Shown piece by piece: positions 42,486 to 55,045 of a DNA stretch of 64,000 nucleotides (its first letter is position 1; each line of letters starts with the position of its first letter). Source of the DNA: Geosiphon pyriformis uo1 (lineage: Eukaryota > Fungi > Glomeromycota); assembly GCA_016748015.1 (NCBI GenBank), contig JAAOMT010000294.1:350541-414540 (forward strand), in the 5' to 3' direction. Both the position numbers and the translations under genes were made by a program. Under the pieces are notes generated by a model, which searched no databases, had not been told where the DNA came from, and was given only the letters and a program-made list of their open reading frames with translations.

Positions 42486-45314
42486 TTATTGAAGTACCAA
42501 GTTGTTTCTTTGACGGTTTTGGAAGTATGGTGGTGGAAGTATGATGTTGGTTTATATTATTTATCGATGATATTCCTTAGGATGTTTAGCCTCAAACCTT
42601 AAACCTTACTTAAAGGAATTGTGGATTCTCTTTTTGCAAAAAAAAGAAGCGAAAAAGAATTAAGACGGATAAATGAACCGTATAGAAAGTTAAGTGATTG
42701 AAAACAATCAAAATGGTCGAGCAAGTTGGGAATGAGTGAATCAGTTTTTAATTTTATTTTAATTTTTGGCTTGATTGACGGTTGATGATGGCGGGTTAGC
42801 TGTTAGTAGTTGCCATTAAGTACACAAGTTGAGATGCATATTGTCATTCCGGGCACACACGTACCAAACACACTTCCACACGCGTAATTTCCCCCTTAAA
42901 CAAGCAATTATAGCGTCGCGCAGCTTTACAACTAACACTTTTACAGGAATTGAGAGACAAAAAGCTCAACAAAAAAAAATGCATCAAAAACCTTGCATAC
43001 AACGTGCAGTGTTGTTCTATCAAGAATTCAAAGAGAAAAGGACTATCCTTAAAAAAGACATGCAGCTAGAATTTTCTGCTTAAAAAGTTTTCGATCAAAT
43101 TAATAAAAATATCATATATTAACACACATGTAATTAGCACATAATTTCTCTGGATTTACACGAAAATGGATTGCTGAGGCATTCTTGAACAGAAACGCTA
43201 AACCTGGCACAAAAAATCAGTCCTATCATTAATTATGTTTTCATAAAATCAAGCCGAAAGAATTATTTGAAATGAGATCGTGCACAATTTAATTTAATTC
43301 CAACAACCAACTTTTTTCCGACTTTTTACCTATCCTTTTCCCGTCTCTTTCGCGCTCTATCATTGTGCGAAAATTTGGTCGCGGAATTCTTTTCCGAAGC
43401 AATAGGACCAAATCATGAGATAAAGGATATTTTTTGATTGATTCTGTCTAAAATTTTCATTCCTTCTTGATTAGATTTTTTTTATGTAGCCTTTTTCCTG
43501 TTAATGCTTTTTCATTGATTCTTTTCGTATGAGCTTTCTATTGAATTTTCTTTCACTTCAATGAAATCATCTCGATTATTATTTTTCTTTGTTTTGATTC
43601 GTGTTCATGAATGAAGTCAAATAAAGAATAAAAATCTATTTCATTCCTTGAATCGAAAAATAATGAATATATTTTTATTATGTATCTTTACTATTTTTAT
43701 CATTTTCTTGGTTATTAATAAATTGGATCATTCATTTACATTTATTAATTATTAAATTTACTTTGTTTGGAAGAAACAATTTTTTTGTTTCAAAATTAAG
43801 ACTCATTTTTGAATGCAAAAACCTTGAACGCGTTAAGATTTTGTATCTCAATTTGTTTTTATGTATATGGGTAATTTTTATATCTCTAATTGTTAATCTT
43901 GAATTACCGTTTTTGAAATTTTATTGGCCAAAAACAAACCATATTAATTATTGTACGCAATGCGCCTTGAATTTTAGGAAACAATAGATGCAGAACTTGT
44001 AAATATTTAGGTTTTGCTTATTTTGATATATATATGTGTATTTAAATGTATATAGTTTTTTCTTTTTTGAAACTCCTTATAAATCATTAAATGTTTTAGA
44101 TCTCTTTGAGCATTATTTGTTGTTATTTTCTTTTTCGATTGCTTACCAAACAATGAATCATTTTGTGAGGTATCTTTATCCCAATCCTTATTTATAAATC
44201 AAAACTATTTTTTTATTATACTAAAGAGTGCAAGATTAATTATTCTTGTGCAAATTGATCTGCAAACTTTTTTGCAATTGGACCAACGAACAATATTATT
44301 ACTTTGTTCTCTGAAGGTGATATTCAACGGCCTAGATTTGACGCATTTATATTGAAGAAAGATGTAAATTATATATTTTCAACATTTAAAGCTTTTCCTC
44401 AAATTTTTAAATATATGTGTGTAATAATAAAAGTTAAAATATAAAGTTTATAAACTGGAATTTACAATATACCTGTTTTTAATATAAAATTCTTTGTTTC
44501 TTCAATTCATATTTCTATCTCGATGAATTACCGAATCGCTGGCTCACAATAATGAAATCACGTTAACTGAAAAGTTTCAAGTTGATCGACTGTAAACGTA
44601 ATAAAAACTATGGTACAATAAGAGAATGATGTTTTTTTTTTTTTGAACAAATTCATTTTTGTTTACAAAGGCATAACATAAATGACTTTTCTCTATTGGA
44701 ACTAACTTGACCTTTAAATTTTACTTGAATATTTATTCATCATTTTTTTTCCAAATCATCTATTTTTGATAAAAATGGATTCATATTAATTGGAAATTGA
44801 AAGTTTTGATCTATAAAGCCTAAAATACAAAAATCAAAAATAATTAAAAGTTAAATTCTAATTCTAATTTTTAAAATTTTTTAGATTTATTTGCAATCAA
44901 AAGAATTTATTTAATTAAAAAACAAAATGCCAAGTTGAAAATTTCTTGGTTTTATTATACAATAAAAAAATTGAATTCTCGTTCCGAGTACATTATGAGA
45001 AGCTAATTCAATAAAATAAAAGAATTTCAAGCTATTATAGGAAATAAAAACAAGTTTTTTAAAGAATTTCCAGATGTTTTATTGAATGTATTTGAAATTT
45101 AATTAATAAAAATGTCCAAACTTGTTTGAATAAGGCTAGGAAATAACTTTAATTAGAAATTCTGGATGATAAATAATTTTGGTAAGATTAGTGTAAATAA
45201 ATAAGAATTAGCTTTGATTGATTGTATCTTTTATAAATTTTAAGGAATTTTGTCGGTTTATCACACATTAAAACATGTTTTAAATTTTGGTAAACAGAGA
45301 AGTTATATGGAAAA

Positions 45315-47930
45315 CAGCTTCGCAATTCCGGTAGTTGTACACTTCGGACCCTGCGATCCTTTTTATGTCACCACAGGACCAGCCAATCTTGGATATAAAA
45401 GCTTCATTTTGAATGGCAAACACAGACTTTGGTAATCAGATGTTAACGGAAATGGTAATGTACCTAGCAGAGCATTTTTCGGACAGTCTTTCACGTAATT
45501 TTTTTCACCGTACGATTAGTCATGTCTAACACCTCAAATGGCGGGGTCAAACTCATGAGTGAAGAAAACGATCGCCTTTCAGTGGGTTTCACTCGGCAAT
45601 CCTTGTTTTGGATGTGTGAGACTTCTTTGTAGAATCGCCGGGCCCTGTATTTCTTATTTTTGAAGTAGAGACAGCCAATTTGACTTTTTTCGAAATAAGG
45701 ATATCCATATATTTGCGCAGGCGAACAATGTCATCGGAGCCTATTACAACCACGCCTTTAGAAAAAAAATGTATAAGGCTTTTTATCATTTAGTTTTAAA
45801 GAGAAATAGGCCAAATTTAAAAAAAATTCAGGAAAGTGAACGAAACTAAACTTATATCATTTTATGCCACTGAATTTTCAATTTCAATATTCAATTATTA
45901 AAAACAACGAAAGGCAAGATGTTGTTTTAAAAATTTATTGGTGGATTTTAGTTAACTAAATAAGGCAAACATTTGTATTTAAAGAAATGTTTAATTAAAT
46001 TGATTCACTGTATTTCAGAAGACGACCGTAATTTATCATGCGATGGAAATTATTACAACGTATCTATTGAACTTTTTATTTTCCGTGAAAATATCCTTGA
46101 TGCTATTGATGCAAAAGCTATATAAAAATTTTGCAGAAACTCTGTGAGATTTTGATCCCCTTTTTAAAATAATTCAAGACGAGGAAGTTTAATATGAAAA
46201 AAATTTGATCATTCTATTGTAGATTCCGTCTTGTATACTACTAGCAAATGAGGAGTATTTAATTTACAAATTTCTTCGAGGTGATACAACATATTAATTC
46301 AGGCTTTGCTGATCTTCTTAAATGAAAGAAATTTGCTGAATTAGAATCACATTGGAAACTATGAGACTAATCTATCCCAAACATTGATTTTTCCTAAAAA
46401 AGCAGATTTTGGTCATTGACAAAAAAAATTACAGCCAACAAATTCTAATTAAACGTTTGGCTATGAAGAAGATTAAAACTTGAGCCAAAAATAAAAATAT
46501 GTATAATATAATATTGAAGGCGGCGTCTAAAAACCGAGTTTCTTCAATGTGGAAATTTTCAATGATCATAAATAAATTTTATTTATATATTTTCAATATA
46601 ATTTTTTGTGAGTTGCTAATAATAGTTTTTAAATTTCTTTGAAATCAAAGTATTACTTGTCATTAATAACCAATCTTAAATTTTGCAATTATTCAAGTTC
46701 ATTTCATATTAAATTGTTTTTTAATTTTATATATAAAATAATTTAATATTTTTTAAACAATGAATCAAGTTATTGTTATTAATTTAAATTTAAATTTATC
46801 AAAAAAGTTTTTTAATATCTATTAATTTAAAATTTTGTGCAATGTATTTAGTTTATATAATGTTTTATCAAGGTCTTTTGACTCAAAAATATTATAACTA
46901 ATTGTAACTTTGATGAAAAATTGATTGTAAATAAATCCAATGTTATTTAATTACATTATATAAAAAATAAATCTCTTATGAATTCTAATTAAGTGTATTT
47001 ACATAGTTTGAAATTATAATTGTGTAATATTGTTTTTTATTAACATTTTTTTAAATTTTTTATCTTTATTATTTTGCATTAACTAAAAATAATGGGTAGA
47101 TACTAAATGAACACCAGGATCAATAAAGACTGCATTTCATAGACACATTTATTCTTATTATAAAAATCTTGGCCTTGTTGAGATACGAGACGTAATATTG
47201 TCATCCAATGGCTTATGCGACTAAAAAGTAAGATAATGCGCTGAAACACCTTGTTATCCTTGCGTATTATATCTAATAATTTCGTCTAGTATTAGCAGGA
47301 GCCGAACTTGAGCAACCTCCTAAGAGCATGCCGGCTCTATAAAACCCTTGTTCGTCCCAGATAGCGGAAGCGTCATCAAAAATAAGACGTTTTTGTTGAA
47401 AAATCATAGGCTCAGCCATTTCTTTCTGTAATGCCGTTTTGTTTCTTTAAAACAACACAAGGCCTTTTGTTTCACCCATTATGTTATTAAAGGCAAACCT
47501 CACCAAACCCATGCCTCGCTTCAATAATTGCTTCTGAGGGTGGTTGGGATGCATCTTCACCAATGTGTGCTTTAGAGTTTCTCCCGAGCGTCGTCGGTTG
47601 CACATTTTGCTTTTTGTAGCGCTCTCTTCTCTATTTAGCTATTCCCCATCCTTGCGTTCTGCCGATGAAGATAGTGTTGATGGCGACATTGAATGCAAAG
47701 CGGCAGATGGGTAATCACCACTCCGCTACATGCCATTCCAATATGGTCTTAATCCCAGTTGTTTGAAGCTACCACCTGAACCGATTTCTCTGATAAATTT
47801 TTAGGCTGGAAATTGAAAGAGGAACTTCTTTTGTCGACCGAGATCTTTTTTTTGCTTGACGCTAGACATAGGTGTTGAGGTGACCTTTCTTAGTAGCGGA
47901 GGTGCTGATAATTGCTTCATTTTAGGAAGT
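45315..47930 (-). mobile_element. Fanzor (TnpB-like) relic, copy 1, interrupted by a ~1.3 kb AT-rich insertion (~45765-47105)
   Basis: 5' part: RPYWN..[W]LP (~47709-47750), TLKHTLVKMHPNHPQKQLLKRGMGLVRFAFN (47487-47580; HTH_OrfB_IS605-like), NAVFIDPGVH (47107-47136; RuvC-I). 3' part: KGVVVIGSDDIVRLRKYMDILISKK, SETH*KAIVFFTHEFD/PPFEVLDMTNRTVKKIT*KTVRKMLC*VHYHFR*HLITK, IQNEAFISKIGWSCGDIKRIAGSEVYNYRNCEAV, truncated at ~45315. Confidence 0.85.
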
Positions 47931-48122
47931 TAGTTCGAGAAGAATACACGCGAAGAAAAAAAGGTGAGGTAGCAAAAAAGATGGGGGCATTTATTGTCAC
48001 CAAATAGTTTGATTACTAAGCAGTCAAATGGGCTATCGTTTTTATAGTATTATTTAATAAAGATCTGATACCACACATTTTTATATCAAGTTAAATGAAA
48101 TATGAACTTGATTAAAGAGAAT

Positions 48123-50173
48123 TTATAACTCCTCATGGGGTTTTCTATCTCCAGAAGTTTTGCTCGCATTTTCCTCTTTTTCAGTTTCTGTCCCATCGAC
48201 AATAGGATTTTCCTTTTTCTCAGCCTTGGTATCGTCTTTATCCTCAGACTCAGTGGTCTCCTTCTCTTTTGTCTTTTCTGGTTCTTTATCTGTTGTGATA
48301 TTTTCCTGAGTTTTAGTTTCAGAATCCTTCCCTTTCAGACTGAGCGGAAAGTCATACGAAAAACTTTTGACCCTCCCGTTAATAGCATCTTTGATAAACC
48401 TTTCGATTGATTCTTCATCAAATGGTCCCAGTAAAGCCCTATAGGCTTGTTTCTTCGGATTCAAAATCACTAGATTAGGGAACAAATCTGCTATTTTGAA
48501 GTCCTTTATCATTTTCTTGGCGTCGTCATACAAAGAATTGAACCAAACGAATCCAAGTTTAATTTTCCCTGCAAACGATTTATGAAGTTTCTCTTTGACT
48601 CGTCGAACGATTGCCAAGTTGGCTTCGTGTTCAGAAACTGATTCAGGAAATTCAAGTTCTAATGTGCTGAAGGTAAATATACAAAAGTTTGATGTTGATA
48701 GGCAGTTTTTCTCCAAGTCTGTTTGAGTTCGAGCTTCCAGAATTTCCGGATCAACTTTTTTCAAATTTCAAAATATCAGCAAATCTACTATCATGTTTAA
48801 ACATTTTTCGAAGTCATTTCGAGAAAGACTTACACGTTTCGGGTATCTCTTCTGAATCTTTTTTTGGTGTTTCATTTGGTTTTTCGGTTTTCTTTATTTT
48901 TGGCTTGAATGGGAGAGCATGACCATTCAGAAATTCAAATAAGGTCTCATGTTTCAGCTTACCTGAAAAGTTAAATTGAAGCGGGTTGAATTACAATTAA
49001 CCATAATTCGAATTTTTAACTAGCTTCACATACCGTCGAATGTGATCACATCGCTTTTTCCTTTTGGAATAACGATCAATTTTGGGAAAGAATCAACCCC
49101 AAATCTTTTCAAAACCAAAGAGTCTGTGTGTCGTACCTCACCGAAAAGCAAGCGATCGTGAAAATCAACAGAAAGGGCTTTGTAAAGCGTAGTCGTTCTT
49201 TGCTTATTGGTAAATAATATTACTTTGGAAAGGGTTTCATTCTAGGGTCAAAATGAAAAACATTAGTCACGTCCAAAATTTCAAAAAGTGATCGATGAAT
49301 TTAAAAATATTTGTACATCTTTCTCCAAAAATTCGTCAATTGTCATCGATTTTTTGGTAGGGTTCTTGTTTGTAATGGGCTGCACAAATGAAGGAATCTC
49401 GGGAAGCACAAAATCGACTATGGCTTTAGCAGTTCTAGGCCCTTGGTAATCTATAAATTGTGGTTTTAATTTATTTTACATAAAATTTAAATCTATGAAA
49501 TGATTTTAAATATTTGGAAGGAAATAATGGTAATAACCTTTTGGCTTTTTGGTATATGCGCCTGGGTTCTTTTTATCAGGAACTGATTGACTTGGGAAAA
49601 GCTTAATCGTCGGGTATCCTGCAAAAGGAAATCGAAGAAGGAAATTATGTAAAACTTCAAAAACTCTCAAAGCATGATGAAAACTGCATCATATTATACC
49701 TTTAACATTGTAGGCAGCGCAGAGAGCTCCATTAGAGTCATCATCACAATCAATGGCGACAACTTTAGCAAGACCTTTAAGATTTTCTGCTACCTTTTTG
49801 TACTCCGGGACTAACCTATTTTTAAAAATTTTAGAGCAGAAAAGAGGATGTTGTTATTGGGCAAATAGTTTTGAAAAAAAATTTGAGAACTTACTTTTGG
49901 CAGTGACCACACCATGGAGCAAAAAATTCTACTAAAACTACTCGCTATAGATAAAAAAAAGAGTAACATACAAATTTAAATGAGATGTGAGGTAAAATGT
50001 GGTGAATCGACATCGAAATCTTGGAAGAGACTAACCTCGGTTAATAACACTTCTTTCTTAAAATTTTTTTCAGTGAGTAGCATCACAGAATCATTCTCAT
50101 CATATAAAGCAGTGGTGTAGGAGGCAAAGAATCCGAAGATCAATAAAAGGAAACGAATACCCGATGATTGCAT
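48123..50173 (-). CDS. ER protein disulfide isomerase family member (Mpd1/PrpA/PDIA6-like, one CGHC domain)
   Basis: Signal peptide; spliced exon RVVLVEFFAPWCGHCQ (49895-49944); GYPTIKLF; b-type thioredoxin domains; acidic tail ending in the HEEL ER-retention signal. Confidence 0.92.
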
Positions 50174-53100
50174 GTTTGAAAACGAAAGAGAAAAGGAATT
50201 TGTGAGCTAAGCTGACATCAAGATTGATCTTCGACCTAAGCTAGAAAATATAGTAAACTTAAGATATTAAGTAATACGTGTTTAAAAACGATTGGTTAAA
50301 TGATGAATTTAAACTGAAACTGCTTTACTAAAAAAATGCAACTTTGAAATTTTATTTGGGATACGATAAGTCAATGTTAGAGCACCGAGTTGAAATCTGC
50401 CGGGAGGGAAATTCTTTGAACAGAATTTACCTATCGATCATCCGATTTTTTCCAAAAATTTGATTACATTGATATGCATTCGTCGAAAGATTTTATGGAT
50501 ATTTGGTTTAATGAGTTGATAATCAGGAATTGAAACATTAATAATTATACTAAATTTTATTGGGAAAAGTTAATTATCAATGGATAATGTTGACCCAAGT
50601 CTTTGAAGATTCCAAGTTTTTTAATATGCGAGAAGATGTCAATACAAATTGTAACGCAAAATTGAACTTTAGGATCAAGTTTTTGTAAGAAAAATTTTTA
50701 ATATAAAAGTTATATTGTTGAAACTATCACAATGGTAAATTAATATTTTTATGTAAACTCTTCATTGTGATCGAACAATACGCCTAAAAAAACAATTTTT
50801 TAAAATAACTTCAAGTGCCTAACAATTAAAATTTTATTATCTTTCAATTTTGAACAATATTAAGAGAGAGAGTGAGAGTGAGAGTGAGAGAGAGGGAGAG
50901 TAAAAAATCAAGATACATGTATTATTATTATTAATTAAATTATTTTAGTTAATGGTGATAGCTCACTCAATTTAGTAAAGCTTAGTGTTTAAGAGTTTTA
51001 AAACCCTGCATTTAATTATTGAATATTTGATCAAATAATTTCTTTCTTAACAAGGAAAACAAGTATCATGAACGCATTTAGGATAACTTCAAGATTTTTC
51101 CTTTAGAAAATCTTTTGCTGGTCATGTTTCTAAAAATTCTTGACACTTTGTAATAAATAGTCAACCCTTTTTTTTTTGAATATCATTACTTAATATAAAA
51201 ATAAAAATTTGTAAACAAGAAAATTTCCATTTTCTCTTTATTATTAGAAATAAATATATTCACAAAGAAAAAAAGATATTTTATTAAACTTGAAACAATA
51301 TTCAAACTTAATTATCGAATTGTAGTAAAAACAAAAACCCTTAATTAGAAATTACTTTGTTGGTTTTCAACAATTAAAATTCTAAACAAGTTCAAGATTT
51401 TAACTTTTCAAATATAATAGTTTTGAAATATATTGTAATTTTTGTAATATTTCATTTATTCTTTCTTTCTTTCTTTCTTTCTTTTTTTCTTTTTTTCTTC
51501 AATTTTTTTCCTTTCTTCCGATCTATTAAATTACTCATGCAACCAAAAAAATTCTATTCATATCAAGATATAAAATTTAAGTTAATCGAGAACTTTAAGA
51601 GATTAATATTAGGTAGAAAAAAAAAGTTTTTACATGAATTCATTAGTCAAAAAAAATTTTAAAAAATTAATTTTTGTACAAGAAAACATTTTAAAATGTT
51701 TAACTAAGATATTTTGTGTTCAATTATATTAGCATATTTTTCAAAAAACTCATTATTTGAAATTTGGGTTTAACCTATTTCAAAAGAAAAATATTATAAT
51801 CTCTCATGCTATTAAGAAAGTGAAATAATTTATGCAATACTTTGATATTCACGGTTTATATTTTATAAAACTATCAAATCATGTCTTTTTATTCAATATT
51901 CATTCCATACATATACATACATTAATAAAATAATTTTTGGATATGCTAAAGACTTTTAAAATTAATCGAATTGCTAAACCATCTTAGTCAAATCTGGTAT
52001 TTTAGAAAATTTAGATTATAAGATTCTGATTCAGTTTAATACATTGATGATAAATTTTATCATGTGAAAATGTAAATATTCTCATCAACAGGGAAAGCAA
52101 AAAGGTATCTTTCTCATTAGTTAAATCATACTGCGAAGATTTTCTAAGATTGATCATTAATTATTTTTAGATTTAAAAGTATTCCCCTTTGAAACCAGTT
52201 AGAAAATTGCGCAAACCAGGAGATTGAGAAATTGCATCACTTTATCACATACAACTTTTTCAATAAAAAAAGGATCGGAAAGCGTCACGGCGTCGATATT
52301 AAATATTGTAACCTAAAGAAGATAAACTGGGGATCTTAGCATGGAAGTTGTACATAATTAATATTGCATGATCATGACTTGAAAGGAAATATTGAAACGT
52401 TCTGAATAAAAAGAAGAAAGAGTAAATTAATCAAAGAATATCTTTGATATCAATAATGATATAATCAAAGAATCTTATATTATATTTAAAAATTTCCTTG
52501 TTTGTACCTACAGCCATTTTATTTCATTAATCTATAGTCACATTTTCATCATACTTTCACTTAAAATTTTTATCTTTCTTTTCCCTTTTTACTCATTCTC
52601 ATTATCATCTTTCTTAAGAAATTCTCATCTTTCCAAAAAGAAATTTCTTTATAGTACCAATTAAATTTAAATCACCCACATGGAGGATTAAAAAACAATC
52701 TTAAAAAAAACACAGTTATTCCCCGTAATTGTACATCAGTATCATGTAGGGGAAAATTCAAATTGATGATTGCCTATCACGTTTAATTTTAATAATAGAT
52801 AATTTAAAAATTTAAAATTTGCCAAATTTTTGGTTGGGTCTTGCTTCTTTAAAATACAACCCATTTTCTGCTTTATTCAAATTGTGGATATTTTTACATT
52901 TTTCATTTTATTTGTGCCTTTTTTTAATAATTTCTCCGCGTTTCAGTAGTACATAATTTCAAATTTCATTTTACCAAATCTTCTTGTCCTATTAGTTATT
53001 TAAGCGTCGAGTATCATAAACCAAACAATTTCTATAAATAAAAAGGGTTGACATGAATCCTCAAGTTCTTCACTCTCATTCTTTCTCACTCGTACTTTCC

Positions 53101-53365
53101 CCTTGTGTTTTTCTTCTTTTTCATAGAAATTTTAGATTTTGCCGTTTAGAAAGAAAAACATTTCATTAAATTTCGCGTTTTTTCACATAACCATTACCTC
53201 CCTCTCTCTCTCTCTCATTTCCCCCTTATAATAGAAAAAGGAATTTGTACATCCTTTAGAAATAAATAAAAATTCAATTAACCTTTTACATCTTTTCATC
53301 AACAACAAAAAAACAACAACAACAACAACAACAACATCATCATCATCATTACCCAACATTTAAAA

Positions 53366-55045
53366 ATGGCACGTAAACTCACCTACTTCGCTATTTTCTC
53401 ACTTCTCTCTCTCGCCATCACCACCACCATCGACAAAGTTGAAGCACGTCCAGTGCGTCGTCATGCTCCCTCAGGTGGAAATGGAAACAACAATGGAAAC
53501 GTATCCGGTATTGGAAACTGCAATGGTTTCGGCGTTTGTAATGATAACGGAAACGCAAACGGCAATGATAATGCCGCTGGTAGTACTGGAAACGGTAATA
53601 ATAACGGCAACATTTTAGGTCTTGGAAATTGTAATGGATTCGGTGTCTGTCAGGATAATGGTAATGCAAATGGAAACAAAAATAATGGTGATAATAACGG
53701 TAGCGGAAACGGAAATATTTTTGGTGTCGATTTGAAAAACGTTCAAGCTAAGGGAGCTAGCGGAAATGGAAACGGATCTGGAAATGGAAATAAAGGAAAT
53801 AATAACGGAAACACCAATGGAAATAATAATGCCGGAGTTGGAAATGGAAACGGATCTGGAAATGATAATGTTGGCAATGCAAATGGAAACAAAAATGGAA
53901 ATGCCAATGATGGAAACGGAAATGGAAATGGAGCCGGTAATAAGAATGTTGGTGATCAAAATGGAAACCTTAACGGAAATGAAAACAAAGGTAGTTCCAA
54001 TGGTAACGGTGTCGGTAACAAGAATATTGGTAATCTGAACGGAAACGTCAACGGAAATCAAAATGAAGGAAATGCCAATGGTCTTGCCAACGGAAATGCC
54101 AATATTGGTGATAATAACGGTAACGCCTCAGGAAACCAGAACAAAGGTGATGCCAATGGTATAGGCAATGGAAATTTCAATCTAGGCAATCAAAACGGTA
54201 ACGAAGGTGGAAATGCCAATAAAGGAAATTTCAATGGTATTTTGAACGGTAACGAAAATAAAGGTGATAACAACGGCAACGTCAACGGCAATGCCAACAT
54301 TGGGGAACATAATGGTGAAGGAAACGGTTCAAATAACAAGGGTAGCGATAATGGAAACACTAACGGGAACCAAAATGTCGGAAAATGGAATGGTGCCCAC
54401 AATGGCATTGAAAACAAGGGTAATTCCAACGGAAATCAAAATGGAAACCAAAATAAAGGTGATTTCAACGGTAAAAAGAACGGACAAAAGAACCATGGTA
54501 ATGCCAACGGTAACCTTAACGGAAACCAAAATAAAGGGAATCATAACGGAAAAGAGAATGGTGTTAAAAACAAAGGCGACGCCAATGGAAATGCCAACGG
54601 AAACCAAAATAAGGGTAACAACAATGGCAGAAAGAATGGCCAAAAGAACAAGGGTAACGCCAATGGAAACACCAACGGAAACCAAAATAAAGGTAACTGG
54701 AACGGAGCTGAGAACGGCATCAAAAATAAAGGTGACGGAAATGGCAGTTTGAACGGAAATCAAAATGTTGGAAATTTCAATGGTAAAAAGAACGGACAAA
54801 AGAATAAGGGAAACAATAATGGGGTTGCTAACGGAAACCAGAACAAAGGAAACCGCAATGGCACGAAAAACGGAACCAAGAACAAGGGTGATTACAATGG
54901 AGTTCTTGATGGAAATAATAACATTGGCCATAAGAATGGTAATAAAAATGGAAACAAAAATGAAGGCTCTTACAATGGTATCTCCAACGGAAACTCAAAT
55001 ACTGGTCACAATAATGGAAATAGTTCCGGAAACGATAACATCTAA
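53366..55045 (+). CDS. Secreted Gly/Asn-rich repeat protein (559 aa, intronless) with 32 x 13-aa NxGxxNGxxNGxx units
   Basis: Long ORF with aaaATGG start; signal peptide MARKLTYFAIFSLLSLAITTTIDKVEA; RR dibasic site; two CNGFGVC modules; synonymous codons vary between repeat units. Confidence 0.92.
   Translation: MARKLTYFAIFSLLSLAITTTIDKVEARPVRRHAPSGGNGNNNGNVSGIGNCNGFGVCNDNGNANGNDNAAGSTGNGNNNGNILGLGNCNGFGVCQDNGNANGNKNNGDNNGSGNGNIFGVDLKNVQAKGASGNGNGSGNGNKGNNNGNTNGNNNAGVGNGNGSGNDNVGNANGNKNGNANDGNGNGNGAGNKNVGDQNGNLNGNENKGSSNGNGVGNKNIGNLNGNVNGNQNEGNANGLANGNANIGDNNGNASGNQNKGDANGIGNGNFNLGNQNGNEGGNANKGNFNGILNGNENKGDNNGNVNGNANIGEHNGEGNGSNNKGSDNGNTNGNQNVGKWNGAHNGIENKGNSNGNQNGNQNKGDFNGKKNGQKNHGNANGNLNGNQNKGNHNGKENGVKNKGDANGNANGNQNKGNNNGRKNGQKNKGNANGNTNGNQNKGNWNGAENGIKNKGDGNGSLNGNQNVGNFNGKKNGQKNKGNNNGVANGNQNKGNRNGTKNGTKNKGDYNGVLDGNNNIGHKNGNKNGNKNEGSYNGISNGNSNTGHNNGNSSGNDNI

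Noticed and set aside
53789-55045. Possible CRISPR-like or DNA satellite (39 bp period)
   Set aside because: Periodicity is at the protein level with variable codons; no constant repeat with unique spacers
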